From Lama guanicoe (Eukaryota), in the NCBI GenBank assembly GCA_013239625.1, contig MU054823.1, positions 1,020,305 through 1,084,304 of the forward strand: 64,000 nt of DNA, written 5' to 3'. The notes under the pieces were generated by a model that did no database searches, was not told where the DNA came from, and saw only the letters and a list, made by a program, of their open reading frames with translations. The stretch's first letter is position 1; the number at the start of each line of letters is the position of its first letter. The translations under genes were made by a program, and so were the position numbers. Below, piece after piece: positions 1 to 13,027 of this stretch.

Positions 1-320
1 GAGGAGCGTGGGGATGTGTCACCAGCTTTCCCTGGGGTCAGCGTGAGGACTGGAGAGTGCTGAGGAGGGGCCAGCAGGGGACCTGAAAAGAGAAGAGGCA
101 TCTCAGGAAATAATGGGAGTCAAACAAGAAAAAAATAGGGTTCCGAACAAGAAACAAGAAAGTCCTGAGAGGAAGAGAATGAGGAGCTTCCGAATAAGCA
201 CCAGAGTCGCACCGCTGGGCCCCAGGGCTCGGGCCTGGCCTCCGAGGAGACGCGGTGCCTGGGGGCCGGCCGCGGCGGGGCTGGAGCCGGGCCGGGTCGG
301 GGTCGGGCCGGCGGCCCTAC

Positions 321-637
321 CTGGTACACGGAGGCCTTGGGAAGGTCCAGGCAGACCGTGCAGCACAGAACCGAGTAGAGCCGCTCCTCCAGCTTCCCGC
401 TGCCCGCCGCCGCCGCCGCCGCCGCCGCCTCGGCCGCCTCGGCCGCCCGTAGCCGCTTCTTGGGCGGCGCGTCGGGGTCGCCGGCCGCTTCTTGCAGCTG
501 CCGGGCTCCGGCCAGGCCCGCCTCCCCTGGGAGCCCTGGCCCCGCCGCCGCGCCCAGCGCCGCCGCCGNNNNNNNNNNNNNNNNNNNNNNNNNNNNNNNN
601 NNNNNNNNNNNNNNNNNNNNNNNNNNNNNNCGGACAT
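321..637 (-). CDS. ZFTRAF1: Zinc finger TRAF-type-containing protein 1 (CYHR1), first coding exon only; gene continues left of the window
   Basis: ATG at 637 (MS...), then an N-gap at 569-630. After the gap: [49 protein letters not shown], ending at a phase-0 GT donor (320-319). The frame across the gap is unresolved because the gap length is nominal. Confidence 0.9.
569..630. other. Assembly gap (62 N) inside the GC-rich ZFTRAF1 exon 1
   Basis: Run of N in the sequence. Confidence 1.
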
Positions 638-1834
638 CGCGGCCGGCCGGCCCGGCGGGCGGGTGCCGGCGCGCTCCCGCGGCTGGAGGTTAGGGGCGCC
701 GCGCGCTCCCGCCGCCCTCTCGCCGCCGCCGCGACCCCGCAGCCCTGCTCCCTGCTCCGCCGCCTCAGTGGGTCCGGCCCGCGCGTCGCCCCGCAGCCGC
801 CGAGGCCACCGACCCCGGCGCAGCCGCCATCTTTGTTTTCGCTGCGCGCTCCCCAGCTCCGGCGCCGCCGCCGCCACCGCCCCCTCGTTCTCCCAGTCAC
901 GTGAGCTGCGCAAGGCCAATTGGAGTACCGAGCGGGCAAGACGGCGCGGCGGCCAGAACCAATGGGCGCGCGGAGGCCCACCCCTGCAGAAAGTGGGCGG
1001 GGCCCCAGGCGACCGGTGGAGGGGCACTCGCCCCGGCGGGGAAGTTCTGGGGTCTCGGGTGAGCGCTGCGCTTCCCACCAGTCCCGGACAACGATCACAC
1101 GCCTTGGGACCCCAGGAACGGAAGGCAGCCTCAGACCCCCGCGTCCGGGTGTGTCTGCGCCTTTGTCCTCCGACATGCAGGCTTGCGCGCGCGGAATTCC
1201 GACCTGGCTCGTAGGTGCGAGAAACCCCGCGGGCCACCCTCTCCCTCCTATGCGGGATGAGATGTGTTTCCACAGGACGCAAGCGCAGGGATTCCCCAAG
1301 GGAGAGCTCTGGACCCGGAATCTAACCCCCTGCTTGGCCCAATCCCGTTGCCTAACCTTGTGGTTGGGACCTGAGTAGGGGTTCACTGAGAAAAGTGAGG
1401 TCTTAGGAAATCAGGACTTGCTTTGCATGGGTCAGAGGGCAAACGGGTGGAGGTAGAGTCAGCCCTGGGAGGGAAAGTGCATTTCTGGGAACAGATGTGG
1501 TACGGCCCTCCCTCCCTCACCAGGCCTTTGGCCCATGAAGGTCACTGCCTCAGAGGGCCACCTGCCAGACTGTGCAAGGATATTCAGAACGAGGCTCCAC
1601 CACATCCCAGGAGAGCAAGGTCTCCTATGTCTTCTCAGTCCAGCGGCCTTCCTGACAAAGGTGCTGGCAGGCCAAGCTGGGTGAGGCCCCAGGGCTGGTT
1701 GTAGTGCACTGCGCATGCCTTCCTTTGCTCAGGAAAACCAGTTGCTGCCCTGGGAGCCTTAGGAAGCTTACTGGAGGACCCCTCACTCCCTCTCAAGAAT
1801 GGGCATATTCCATATTCCTACTAAGTCCCTAAGG

Positions 1835-1840
1835 TTTATT
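1835..1840 (-). terminator. Candidate polyadenylation signal (AATAAA) of TMEM276
   Basis: tttatt on the + strand, ~280 nt downstream of the TMEM276 stop. Confidence 0.6.
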
Positions 1841-2120
1841 GGAGACCGAGCATCTCTCTAGACCCACAACCATGGCCTGCCCAGAATCAGGCCCCCAAAC
1901 GTGCCTGGGATGTTGTTCCCCTCATTCTGGTCTAAGCAAGTCCTCACACTCAGCCAGAGAAGGAGACAGTGCCCAGCCTTTGCCACCCTGACCAGTCACT
2001 GCAGCAAGCCGGCTTCAGAAAGAAGGAGAGTCCATCCCTAGGGAAGAAGGCCCCAGGAGCAGGCCCGTTAGAGGCGAACGTGGTAGCCAGAGCAGAAACC
2101 CTGCCTTGCTATCTCCAATG

Positions 2121-2899
2121 TCACTCCCACTGCAGGCGTTGTCTGTGTAGGGCCCGGTGGTAGGCCCAGCTGCCTGCGGCCAGGGCCCAGCAGCAGATGT
2201 CCTCCTTCGGCAGCAGCAGCAGTCTGTCTTCCTCCAGCCGGCTCAGGAGGCCTGCAACACCCAGCATCACACCCCCCCACATTCCGTAAGTGTTGGTCGT
2301 GAAAACAGCCACAATGAGGATGGTCACTGCGACCACCAGCACCACTGCCTGACCAGCCACAGAGCGGCCCTCGGCACCAAGGTGGTCACCAGCCACTGCC
2401 AGCACCATGCCTCCTCCCAGGAGCAGGTTGGCAGAGGAGCGGTCCCCATTCACCCAGTGGAAATCGAAGGCCAGAAGGGGCAGGCCGATGACAGTAGCCA
2501 CCCAGGCTCCAGCAGGATGGTCTTCATTTGTGCCCAGCCCTGGAACCAGCATGGTGGCCGCGGCCAACGCTTGGAGCAGGAAGCCAGCAGCGGCCCCTCG
2601 ACTTGCCTGTCAACACAGGGAAGGGAGGAAATGTGGGAAAAAGAGGCCAGGGCGTTCCTTTAAGCAGGGAGGGGTGGGGGGTGGGGTCTCACAGAAGCCT
2701 GGCCCCCATACTTACCTCCCACCACCCTCTCCCTGAACCAGGGGACAGTCTAGGTTCTTGGGGTTTGGGAGTGGGCTACACTCCTGCCTAGCCCCAGTGT
2801 ACTCACCTGGGCAGTGCTCACGGCAGCATGCAGAGACACCGCTCCCAGCGCCAGGTGGGACAGGGCGGTGCTCCACTCGCCCCATGGCCTGGGGGCCAT
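2121..2899 (-). CDS. TMEM276: Transmembrane protein 276, 192 aa, 2 coding exons
   Basis: Exons 2899-2807 (MAPRPWGEWSTALSHLALGAVSLHAAVSTAQ) and 2606-2121 (ASRGAAAGFLL...AFDFHWVNGDRSSANLLLGGG...HRQRLQWE*). GT-AG intron; several hydrophobic segments. Confidence 0.93.
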
Positions 2900-3199
2900 G
2901 GTACCTGGGGCGGTAGTGATTTGAGGGGACAGGAAAGGGACCCTCAACTTTGGAGAAAAAGAGCGTAGAGGCCGCGACTGGGAGACCTAAGGGCGGCTCT
3001 CCAGGACTCCCAGGTTCCAGAGCCCCGTTTCTAAGTATTGGAAAAGGCTCAACCAAAACTCTTCGGAGCCCTGAGGCCACTGGACACAACCGTGGGGAAA
3101 AACGTAAATCGGCCAGGAAAAGAAGGGAAAATGCGGCTCGGGGCCTAGGCTGGGTGGGTGTGAGCTCTGGCGTCCTGGAACCCAAGTGGGGGCGCAGGG

Positions 3200-4250
3200 C
3201 CTTGAGGAGAGGGGCGCGGAGGCCGACTTGGCCTAGTCTCTGCGCTCTGGGAGACGCCGTCCTCGGAACCAGTCCAGAAGGGGCGACCGCGCAGGAACTC
3301 AGAGAACCCTGAGATGCGCGGCCCGAAAGCAGCGGCGATGCGGAGGCCGAAACCAACCCACCACGCCGCCCTCCCGCTGTCGCCCCGCCTCCCGCGTCCG
3401 GCCTGCGGCGACCCCGCGCCAACCAACGAGAGGAGCGGAGGCTAGAGTGGCCGGGGGCGGGGCCGGGGAGCCGCGGGCGTGGACGATCGAGAGACCCGGT
3501 AGTAGGATGTGGGCGGGGCTAGGAGGAGGGGTCTCTGCACCCTGGACGGCACGTTAGCCTTGTGGTCTGCAGTGAGGGGAGGAGCCGAGAAAGGGGCGGT
3601 GACGGGCGGGGGCGCGACGGTAAGGAGGCAGTAAGGGGCGGGGCTGTGAGGGGAGGGGCGGGGCCTGAGGGGAGGGGCCGAGGAAGGAGCCTGCGGGAGC
3701 TGGAGTTGGACACCCGCGAGCGGAAAACTCGAAGCCGGTACCGCCGCGTGGGGGTTCCTCGCAGAGGATTGGTAGGGATTCTAGAAGAGCGGGTGCGAGG
3801 CCGTAGCGTTCTCAGCTCGAGGTCTCCGCTTATTAGGGTGGCGGCCCCGGGGACGACTGTCTCTTGCCGCCTTTCTTCGGGCGCGCGTCCTCCGCCCGCG
3901 GGAACCGGGCCGAGGGGGCGGCCGCCGGAGCATGCGCACCGGCTTTGCGGAGGGCGGGTGCGGAGTTGGGGCGCGGGGACGCGGGGCGGCGCGAAGCGGG
4001 GCCCTCTGCCGCCCCGCACTCCCATGTACGCCTTCTACTCGCTGCTGATCTACATTTTCTACAGCCTCTTTCGCAGGGATGGCGGGGCCGCGGCGGCCAA
4101 GGTCCCTGGGAACCCCTCCCAGGTGAGCGGGGGCGGGCGCAGCTCGGCAGGCGACCCCCTTCCTGAGAACCGTTCTGCAGGCCCGCAAAGCGTAGGTCCC
4201 AGGGCACTGACGCGGGGGAGGGGCCGTGCGGAGGACCTCGTCTCTGGTGT
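3200..4250. promoter_or_regulatory. CpG-island bidirectional promoter, TMEM276 / KIFC2
   Basis: Head-to-head start codons at 2899 (-) and 4024 (+). Many GGGGCGGG boxes at 3455-3665; NRF1-like GAGCATGCGCAC at ~3928-3939. Confidence 0.8.
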
Positions 4251-7200
4251 TGGAAGCTCAGACCCCAGCTCCAACCCCTCGGTTCAGTCCCTGGGGACAG
4301 GGAGCCCCACAGGCTACTTGGCCTCTATTCAGGGGCTCTCTCTGCTCCCTCCCTAGAGTACCCGCTGCAAGCCTGGCCGCCGCCGTTCTGACCAGACCAC
4401 AGGAGAACTGTGGACCGAGCTGACCGGCCTGGTCGGTAGGTGCTGTTCGTGCGTCGGGAACGCTGCGTCCCTGGGGCCAAGAGGGATCGCTGCCGTCCGA
4501 GAGATGCTGGGGTGCCCCTGACCTCATTGGAAGGGAGGGACCTGGCAGGTGCCAGCTGGTGGCCGAGCCTCTGACACATGATCCAGAACGCCTATTCCTC
4601 CTACCACCTGGCCTCACAGGCTGCCCGGAGTCTGAGGATGGGCCCGGAGGGGGAGCTGAGGGCGGTCCAGCCGAGGTCTCCCTGGAAGAGGCTCTGGTGC
4701 GTGTTGCTGAGTTCCTCTCAGTCCAGCTGGGGGCAGAGGAGAGCTTTGGGAATCCTCCCGACCTGAGCAAGGTAAGCGGAGTTGAGACTCTCCCAGCGAC
4801 CTGTTTTGTCTCACCAGTCCTTCTGATCTCCACATCCCTGTTTCCCCCACCCCAACCTTCTTCCTTCTCCACTTTGATTCCTATTTCTTTCATAGCCTGG
4901 TGATGTCCCCCCATTGTTGACGGTGACTGGTCAGCTCTTGGCCCTCCTGGCATGGATTCGGAGCCCCAGGGGGAGGCAGGCCGTGCTCCAGGGGACTCAG
5001 GCAGCCTCAGGGGTGCAGTCCCCCATTCCTGCTGGTGCGTCAGGCGTAGTGAGTTCAAGAGGGAGTTTGTCAAGGGAGTGACACCCACCAGAACTTGAGC
5101 AGCCTGGAGTGCAGGGTCCTAAGCCCTGCCTTGCTCCTGAGGTGCCCCCTTCTTCAGGCCAGAGAGCTCTTCAGTCCTAACTGGGTTCATCTCACCCCAG
5201 GAACCCCATCCCAAGATGAAAGCCCTTCCTTTTCACCAAGGGGTGAGGCCCAGGGGCAGCAGCCTCCCCAGCTGGAGGTGGACCAGAGGGCTTGGCAGCG
5301 GCTGGAACAGTTCATCCTTGGACAGGTGAGGGGCTCAGGAGGCAGCGGGGAACTGGGAGAGGACTAGAAGGAGGTGGTCTACCTGGTGCCTCTCTCTCCT
5401 TTCCAGCTGGAAGAACTGAAGCAGCAGCTGGAACTGCAGGAGAAGGAGCTGGGCCATCTGCGCCTGGGAGTGGTGAGGCTGCGGGGTTGGGGGTGGGGAT
5501 GTGAGAGATTTTCACTGTGAGTCTTGAGGGCTTCCTTCTCTGGCAGGGGGCGACAGACTCGGAGAAAAGGGTTCAGTATCTAACTCTGGAGAACAAGGCC
5601 CTGAAACAGAGCCTGAGCCTTACTCGGGACCTCCTGCTGCACTGGGGCCCTGGCCCCCTCAGCAGGGCCCCACAGGTATCCTGCTCTTAGTCTCCACCGT
5701 CCCTGCAGTCTGGGCCTCCCGCACACCTGGTCTCTAGCATCACTTCCCAGGCTCCTGCAGGACCTCCTGCTTGCTGGAGCAGAGGCAGCAGCCAGGATCA
5801 GGGACAGTCCCCATCAAAAAGACTGATGCCCACAGGAGAACCCCTCCCCTCCACCCTATGGCTCCCCTCTGTGACTGACCCCAGGAGAGCAGAGGGACTT
5901 GGGGAAACGAGCCCTGCATGGAACTGGGAGGCTTGGATTCCTGACTGGCTGTGTGTGCTCGTCTCAACTTGACTTTCTGTGGGGCAGCTGGAGTGCCTCT
6001 CCCTGAGTTTCCTCCTGGCTCCGTAGCTCACCTGGTTCCCACCCCTCCTACAGGAGGAGGCAGAAGCACTGGCGGAGCTCCAGGGCCGACTGCAGGAGGC
6101 CCAGGACACCACCGAAGCGCTCCGAGTCCAGGTGGGTGCTGGGCCCAAGGGCCGGGGAGTCTTGGGGCACTGGGAAGGGAGTGTCTGAGGCAAAGCCTGG
6201 TAAGTGCCTGTTTCCTCAGTGACAGGGGTTGGGTTGGGCGGGGCAGCTGGGGGCACAGGAGATGCAGCTGCAGGGCCTTCGGGGGGCCCTCCAGCAGCTC
6301 CAGCAGGAGACTGAGCAGAACTGCAGAAGGGAGCTGCAGCAGATGCATGGGCAGCTAGCAGGTAAGGGCTGGGGCTAGGGAGCCCACGGGAGAGCTCTTG
6401 GGTCTGGGCTTTCCCTCACAACCACCTTTGCCCACCAGGACTTCGTGCACGTATGGCCAGCTTGCGTCAGGGCTGTGGGGACCTCCGAGGCCTGGTCAGC
6501 ACCTTTACCCAGAGCTGTCAGGGTTCACTGAGTGAAGCCCGGGGTCAGGTCAGGACCACTGGCTCCCCCCCTTGCACTTACTCTCTGGGCAGCGTTGTCA
6601 CTGATCTACTCTGGGAACCTCTGTTTATCCTCTTTCCAGCCCCAGGGAGTTGTGGGCTCAGGAACCAGAACAACTTGTGTGATCCTGGGTGTGATCTCAC
6701 TTCTGGGTGTCATTTTTGTTCTGTGCAAATTGGGGTGACTGAATCCCTCACAGGGTGGCCAGGAAGCCCTGGAGAGACCGATGATGTCCTTGCCTATGGT
6801 TCTCCTCTGGTTCCTCAGCTCCATCCCAGGCCCCCTGAATGATGCCCCCAGGGGCCTGAAGCCATTGGAAGTTGTAGATCACCACATCTGGGGGGCCCCG
6901 TGGTAGACATTGCTCTCAGCACCGCATCCCCAACCCCTTGCTCTCCTTGGACTGTTTCCCTTCCTCACATCTTTATTCCCCCAGGTATCCTGGGCCCTGG
7001 GGGCACTGTCAGCTGGAGGGGCTGGGACTAAGTTCCAGGAGGCAAAGCAGGGGCCCCTAGCCAGATGCCCAGGGCGGCTGTTGGAGCTCAAAGGTATGGC
7101 ATTCTTGGGGAGCACAGGGATGGGGCAGGGAGAGGTGGAGAAACTGGAGCTTCTCGGTGCTTTAGGACCTGGGAGGCAGCCCTGCTGACCTGCTCTCCAC

Positions 7201-10200
7201 CCCAGGAAACATCCGTGTGCTGTGTCGGCTGAGGCCAGGGACACCCTCCAGCCTGGTGAGCTTGGAGCCTGGCCCGGGTGGCACTGTCACCACTTGCTAT
7301 CGAGGGCACCAGCGTCGCTTCCGCCTAGACTGGGTCTTCCCTCCACATGCCAGCCAGGAGGAGGTGATGCCCCACCCTTGCACCTGTGCTGACCATCCCT
7401 CAGAGTCCCCTGGAGTCCAGAAGAAGTTCTGAGTTCCCCTTCCCTGTTGGCCTGCCCTCCTCAGAGGGAGAGTGGCTGGACTCTAGCAGGGAAGGGAAAG
7501 AATCTGGGAGGCAGACTGGCATCCTAGCTGGGCACCTCCTTTCCTTCCAGGGTTTTCCCTTTGTATTCCCCCACCGAGCCCTGCAAGCAGGAGAGAAAGA
7601 CTTCCCGGTTTAGACAGGAAGATTACCATTTTCAAAAATACTTTTTTTTTACCAGGAAACTAATGATAATGAACGTGTCTGAAGTGACAGTCACTGTTCA
7701 CGCAAGGCTGGCTGTGGAACGTGGCTGGGGTGCTGTTGTGGTGGGGACAGTGCTGTGACCTCCTCCCCCCAGGCTTCTTCAGCTGCCCACTCCCCGGCCC
7801 AGCCCTGACAGCGGGCACCCCTCCTTACTTTGTGGCCAGGGGAATGGTGGGGCACAGGTGATCTTCCAGCCTCAAGGCTTTCCCATTGCTCCACACGGAT
7901 CCTCCCCCCTTCCCTCCCCTTTCCTGCTAGACCCAGTGAGCTGAAAACAGAGGCTTAAGTCACAGCCCCACCACCACCTTGCCTCACATACGCCATCTCC
8001 ATCGCACACAGACTTTGCAACTAGACCTTCCATAGCTCAGAAAATGGAGGCTGAGAGTCGGAAGGGGGTGAGTCAAGGGACAGAGCTGTCAGACTCAGAC
8101 CTGTGCTGGCCTCACAGGGACAGAGTGTGATGAGAGTGCCTGGCAGGCGGCTGGGGCTCTCTCCCCTACTTCCTGGGGTCCCACAGCTGTTTTCCACCTA
8201 CCTTTCTCTCTGGGTATCCTCCACACTACCCCCAACCCCGTCTTCAGCCTCCGTCCCAAACTGTAGCCCTGAACGGGGCCCTCCTTGTCCACTGTCTTCT
8301 GGATAGCCTTTCTGGACAGGGCCCTCCAATTCAACACATCTGGATGAAAGAGCTAAAGTTATCTGTTAGAAGTCCCCTCACCTATGTTCCCACCTCTGCA
8401 ACAGTGCCACAGTGCCCCCACCATAGCCACCCCCAGTGCTTCTTTCTGGTCGTGGAATCTGAGTGACCCCACTGGCAGTTCTGATTCTGTCCTCTTGACT
8501 GGCAGCCACCACTTCACGCAGAACTGACAGCCCGCTCAGTTATCAGCCACCTTCTGGGCATGAAATCTGGCGAATTCATTGCTCAGAAGGCTGCTGCTGG
8601 TGTCCAGTTGCCACAGGACACACGTCCCATCTCCATCTTCCCTTCACCTGCCTTTCTGCACCCTCTGAGGCTTCAGCTGGCCACTGTGCCCCACACCCAT
8701 GGGGCCCTCAGGGTTCATCTGTCGTGTGCTGGGTGCTGCACTAGCCCTCCTGGTAGATGTTGCCACTTAACCCTCATAACAGGTGCCACTGTAGTCCTTA
8801 TCTCTCATAGGGGAAGGCTGAGTGACTTGCCTCCAACCAGACGCAGGATTTGAACCTGGCAGTCAAGCCCGGGGTACTCCCCCGGCCTCCCAAGCGGTTG
8901 TTGTCAGGACTCCAGTACTCTGTATCACCTGTTCTCTTTTCCTGTCATGTCCCTTCCTGTCTTCGCTTGGCAAATTCTTGCAAATGCCATGTTCTCCAGG
9001 GAGCCTACTCTGTCTGTTGGAAGATCCACCCTCGCATTGTGCTCCCCTAGCTAGACCCATCCTCCTCCCAGAGAAATTGATTTGTTCATATCCTGGGGCT
9101 TAGGGCCCCTCCCACCCCTCCTACCCCTATAGGTCTTCAGAGAACTGGAGTCAGCTGTGCTGTCCTGCCTTGGAGGCTACAGTGTCTGCATTTTCACCTA
9201 TGGTCAAACGGGGACAGGGAAGACCTACAGCATGGAGGTGGGAAAGTGGGGAGTCTGGGTGGCTCCTGAGGCCAGGGGCTGGAAAATGAGCCTAATGTGG
9301 CCCCCTGCCCTGTCCCCAGGGCCCACCTGAGGACCCTGGCATAGCTCCTAGGGCACTGCAGTCACTGTTCCGGGAGATGGGGACAGGCGGACAGCACCGC
9401 GTGACACTCAGCATGGTGGAGATCTACAACGAAGCTGTCAGGTCAGGGTTGTCCCTGGCTGCCTCTGCCCCGCCTTCTTTTGGTTCCACCCTCCTGGAAC
9501 TCCCAACAAAGCCCCCCCTTTTCACTCCCAGGGACCTCCTAGCCCCAGGGCCTCCCCAGCGCCTGGCCGTGAGGCAAGGCCCAGCAGGCCAGGGGGGAAT
9601 CCAGGTGGCTGGCCTCACCCACTGGGAAGTGCCCAACCTGGAGTCGTTGCATCAGGTAAGGCTGCAGAGTCCTCCAAGGCCCCGCGCGGTACTCCCACCT
9701 GGGGCCCAGATCCTGCGGTAGGCCAGCCCTGTTGCTCCGGCCTCCAGATGCTGAGCCTGGGAAGGGGCAACCGGGCCACCGCCGCCACCGTCATGAACCA
9801 GCACAGCTCTCGTTCGCATGCCCTGGTCACGCTGACTCTGCGCACGGCGTCCCCACTGCGCGGTCCTGCCACCTCAGGTACCACGGCCCGCGCCTGAGCC
9901 CTGCGGGGGGGCGTCGCCGAACCGACACCGGGCCCCCCTTGATGTCGGGCTCGCGTGTCCCCACAGGCACGCTGCACCTGGTGGACCTGGCCGGATCCGA
10001 GCGTGCCTGGAAGGCGGGGGCAGCCAGCACCTCGTGGGAAGACCGGGACGGCGCCCAACGTCTGCGGGAAGCTCGGACCATCAATCGCTCGCTGCTGGCG
10101 CTGGGAGGCGTGATGACCGCGCTGCGGGCCCGCCGGCCACACGTGCCCTTCCGCGATTCGCAGCTCACACGCTTGCTGCAGCCCGCGCTCGGCCCCGGCG

Positions 10201-10567
10201 CCACCGCGGTGCTGTTGCTGCAGGTGGGGCCCGCCCCGCAGGCCCGCGGGAGGGTGGTTTGCATGCCAGGCGCCGCCCACTCGGGCCCGCCCACCAGCCC
10301 GCTCCCTCGCAGATCTCCACGCGGCCCGAGGATCTCGGCGAGACCGTGTGCTCGCTCAAGTTCGCCGAGCGAGTGGGCCAAGTGGAGCTGGGGCCGGCTA
10401 GACCCCGCAGGGCCCCGCGCTCGGGGACGCCCTCCTCCCTGAGCACCGAAACACCGCTCACCGGGACGCCCTGCACACCGACACCATCCCCCGGCAGCCC
10501 GCCAAGCCCTGGCCTGGACAGCGGCTCCAGCTCAGCCCTCTCACCACCAGAGGAGCTGCCTTCGTAG
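4024..10567 (+). CDS. KIFC2: Kinesin-like protein KIFC2 (kinesin-14, C-terminal motor), ~783 aa, 18 coding exons
   Basis: Exons 4024-4122, 4357-4435, 4620-4771, 4896-5034, 5201-5325, 5407-5472, 5547-5675, 6054-6131, 6247-6361, 6439-6548, 6985-7093, 7206-7363, 9133-9237, 9320-9441, 9532-9655, 9748-9877, 9967-10223, 10313-10567. Motifs: N-terminus [16 protein letters not shown], coiled coil, neck [11 protein letters not shown]-loop GQTGTGKT, switch I NQHSSRSH, switch II DLAGSE, and [14 protein letters not shown]. Confidence 0.96.
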
Positions 10568-10873
10568 TCCCACCCTAGGAGTCTGGAGTCGCGTCTCTGC
10601 CGGCAGAGGCAGCAAAGACCCCACTCTCCTCATGACCTCCTCGACCTCTAGGGACCCAGTGCCCCCGAAACTCCCAGAGTCTAACCCACCTCTCCTCCAA
10701 CCCCATGTTTGGCCTGGAGTAAGGATTGCCTCCCCTTGGCCCAGGCTCTCAGCCCCTTCCTTATCACCATCTGATGTTATCGCGGTGCGCCGCAGGGGGT
10801 CTCAGAGCTGGGAGGCAGACCCTGGCCAAGTGGTCACCAGAGTCACTACCCAGCCACCAAATATCAGACTTGC

Positions 10874-10879
10874 ATTAAA
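10874..10879 (+). terminator. Candidate polyadenylation signal (ATTAAA) of KIFC2
   Basis: ATTAAA followed by GT/T-rich sequence, ~310 nt after the stop. Confidence 0.6.
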
Positions 10880-11392
10880 ATGTTGTCTGTTCCTTTACTG
10901 TTATCTTCCCCACTACCACCATCAAAACCAGGTAGGGCCTCTGTTCCCTTTCCCCCAGAAGGTGCTACCTCCTTCCCAGGCATTTGAGGGAGGACAGGAT
11001 TTCAGGCCAGAGCTGCCATTAGGCTTTCCCTCCCCCAGCCCGGAGCCAGGGAGGGGAGGTGACTGATGGTGATGGATGGTTGGATAGATGGGCAGAGGGC
11101 CAGAGATGGTGGGACCAGGAAGGGCTACTCCAAACAGAGCCCTGGTCCCAGCCTTGCCTTGGGGTAGGTGAGGCATGGCTGACTACCAGGGCCAGGGTGA
11201 CACCCAGCTGGGCCACAGCTCTTCTGGGGCAGTCCAGTAAACATGTGGACTCTCAGCTCAAGTGATGCCTCGTGTCTCAATGCTGCTGTAGCTACGCACA
11301 CCTCTTGGTCCTCTTGTCCTTGGTTTCCCCTCAACAAGCCAGATGGTGGCGGGAGAGGGTGGGAGAGGAAAGCTGCCCCTGCCCTGGGAGGC

Positions 11393-13027
<1,635 letters not shown>

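Larger units (their letters stand above)
220..1260. promoter_or_regulatory. CpG-island promoter of ZFTRAF1
   Basis: Dense CpG. YY1-like GCCGCCATCTT at ~823-833, E-box GTCACGTGA at 896-904, CCAAT boxes at ~916 and ~959, GC box at ~995. Confidence 0.8.

Noticed and set aside
103-1386. Long ORFs (427, 321, 263, 240 aa) over the ZFTRAF1 island
   Set aside because: Low-complexity R/G/P/A translations expected from stop-poor CpG islands. They span an N gap and do not follow the real exon frame.
8780-8870. Faint MIR/L2-like remnants (also ~15770-15870, 18650-18780, 42200-42260, 52650-52770)
   Set aside because: Probably real ancient repeats, but too degenerate to delimit by eye.
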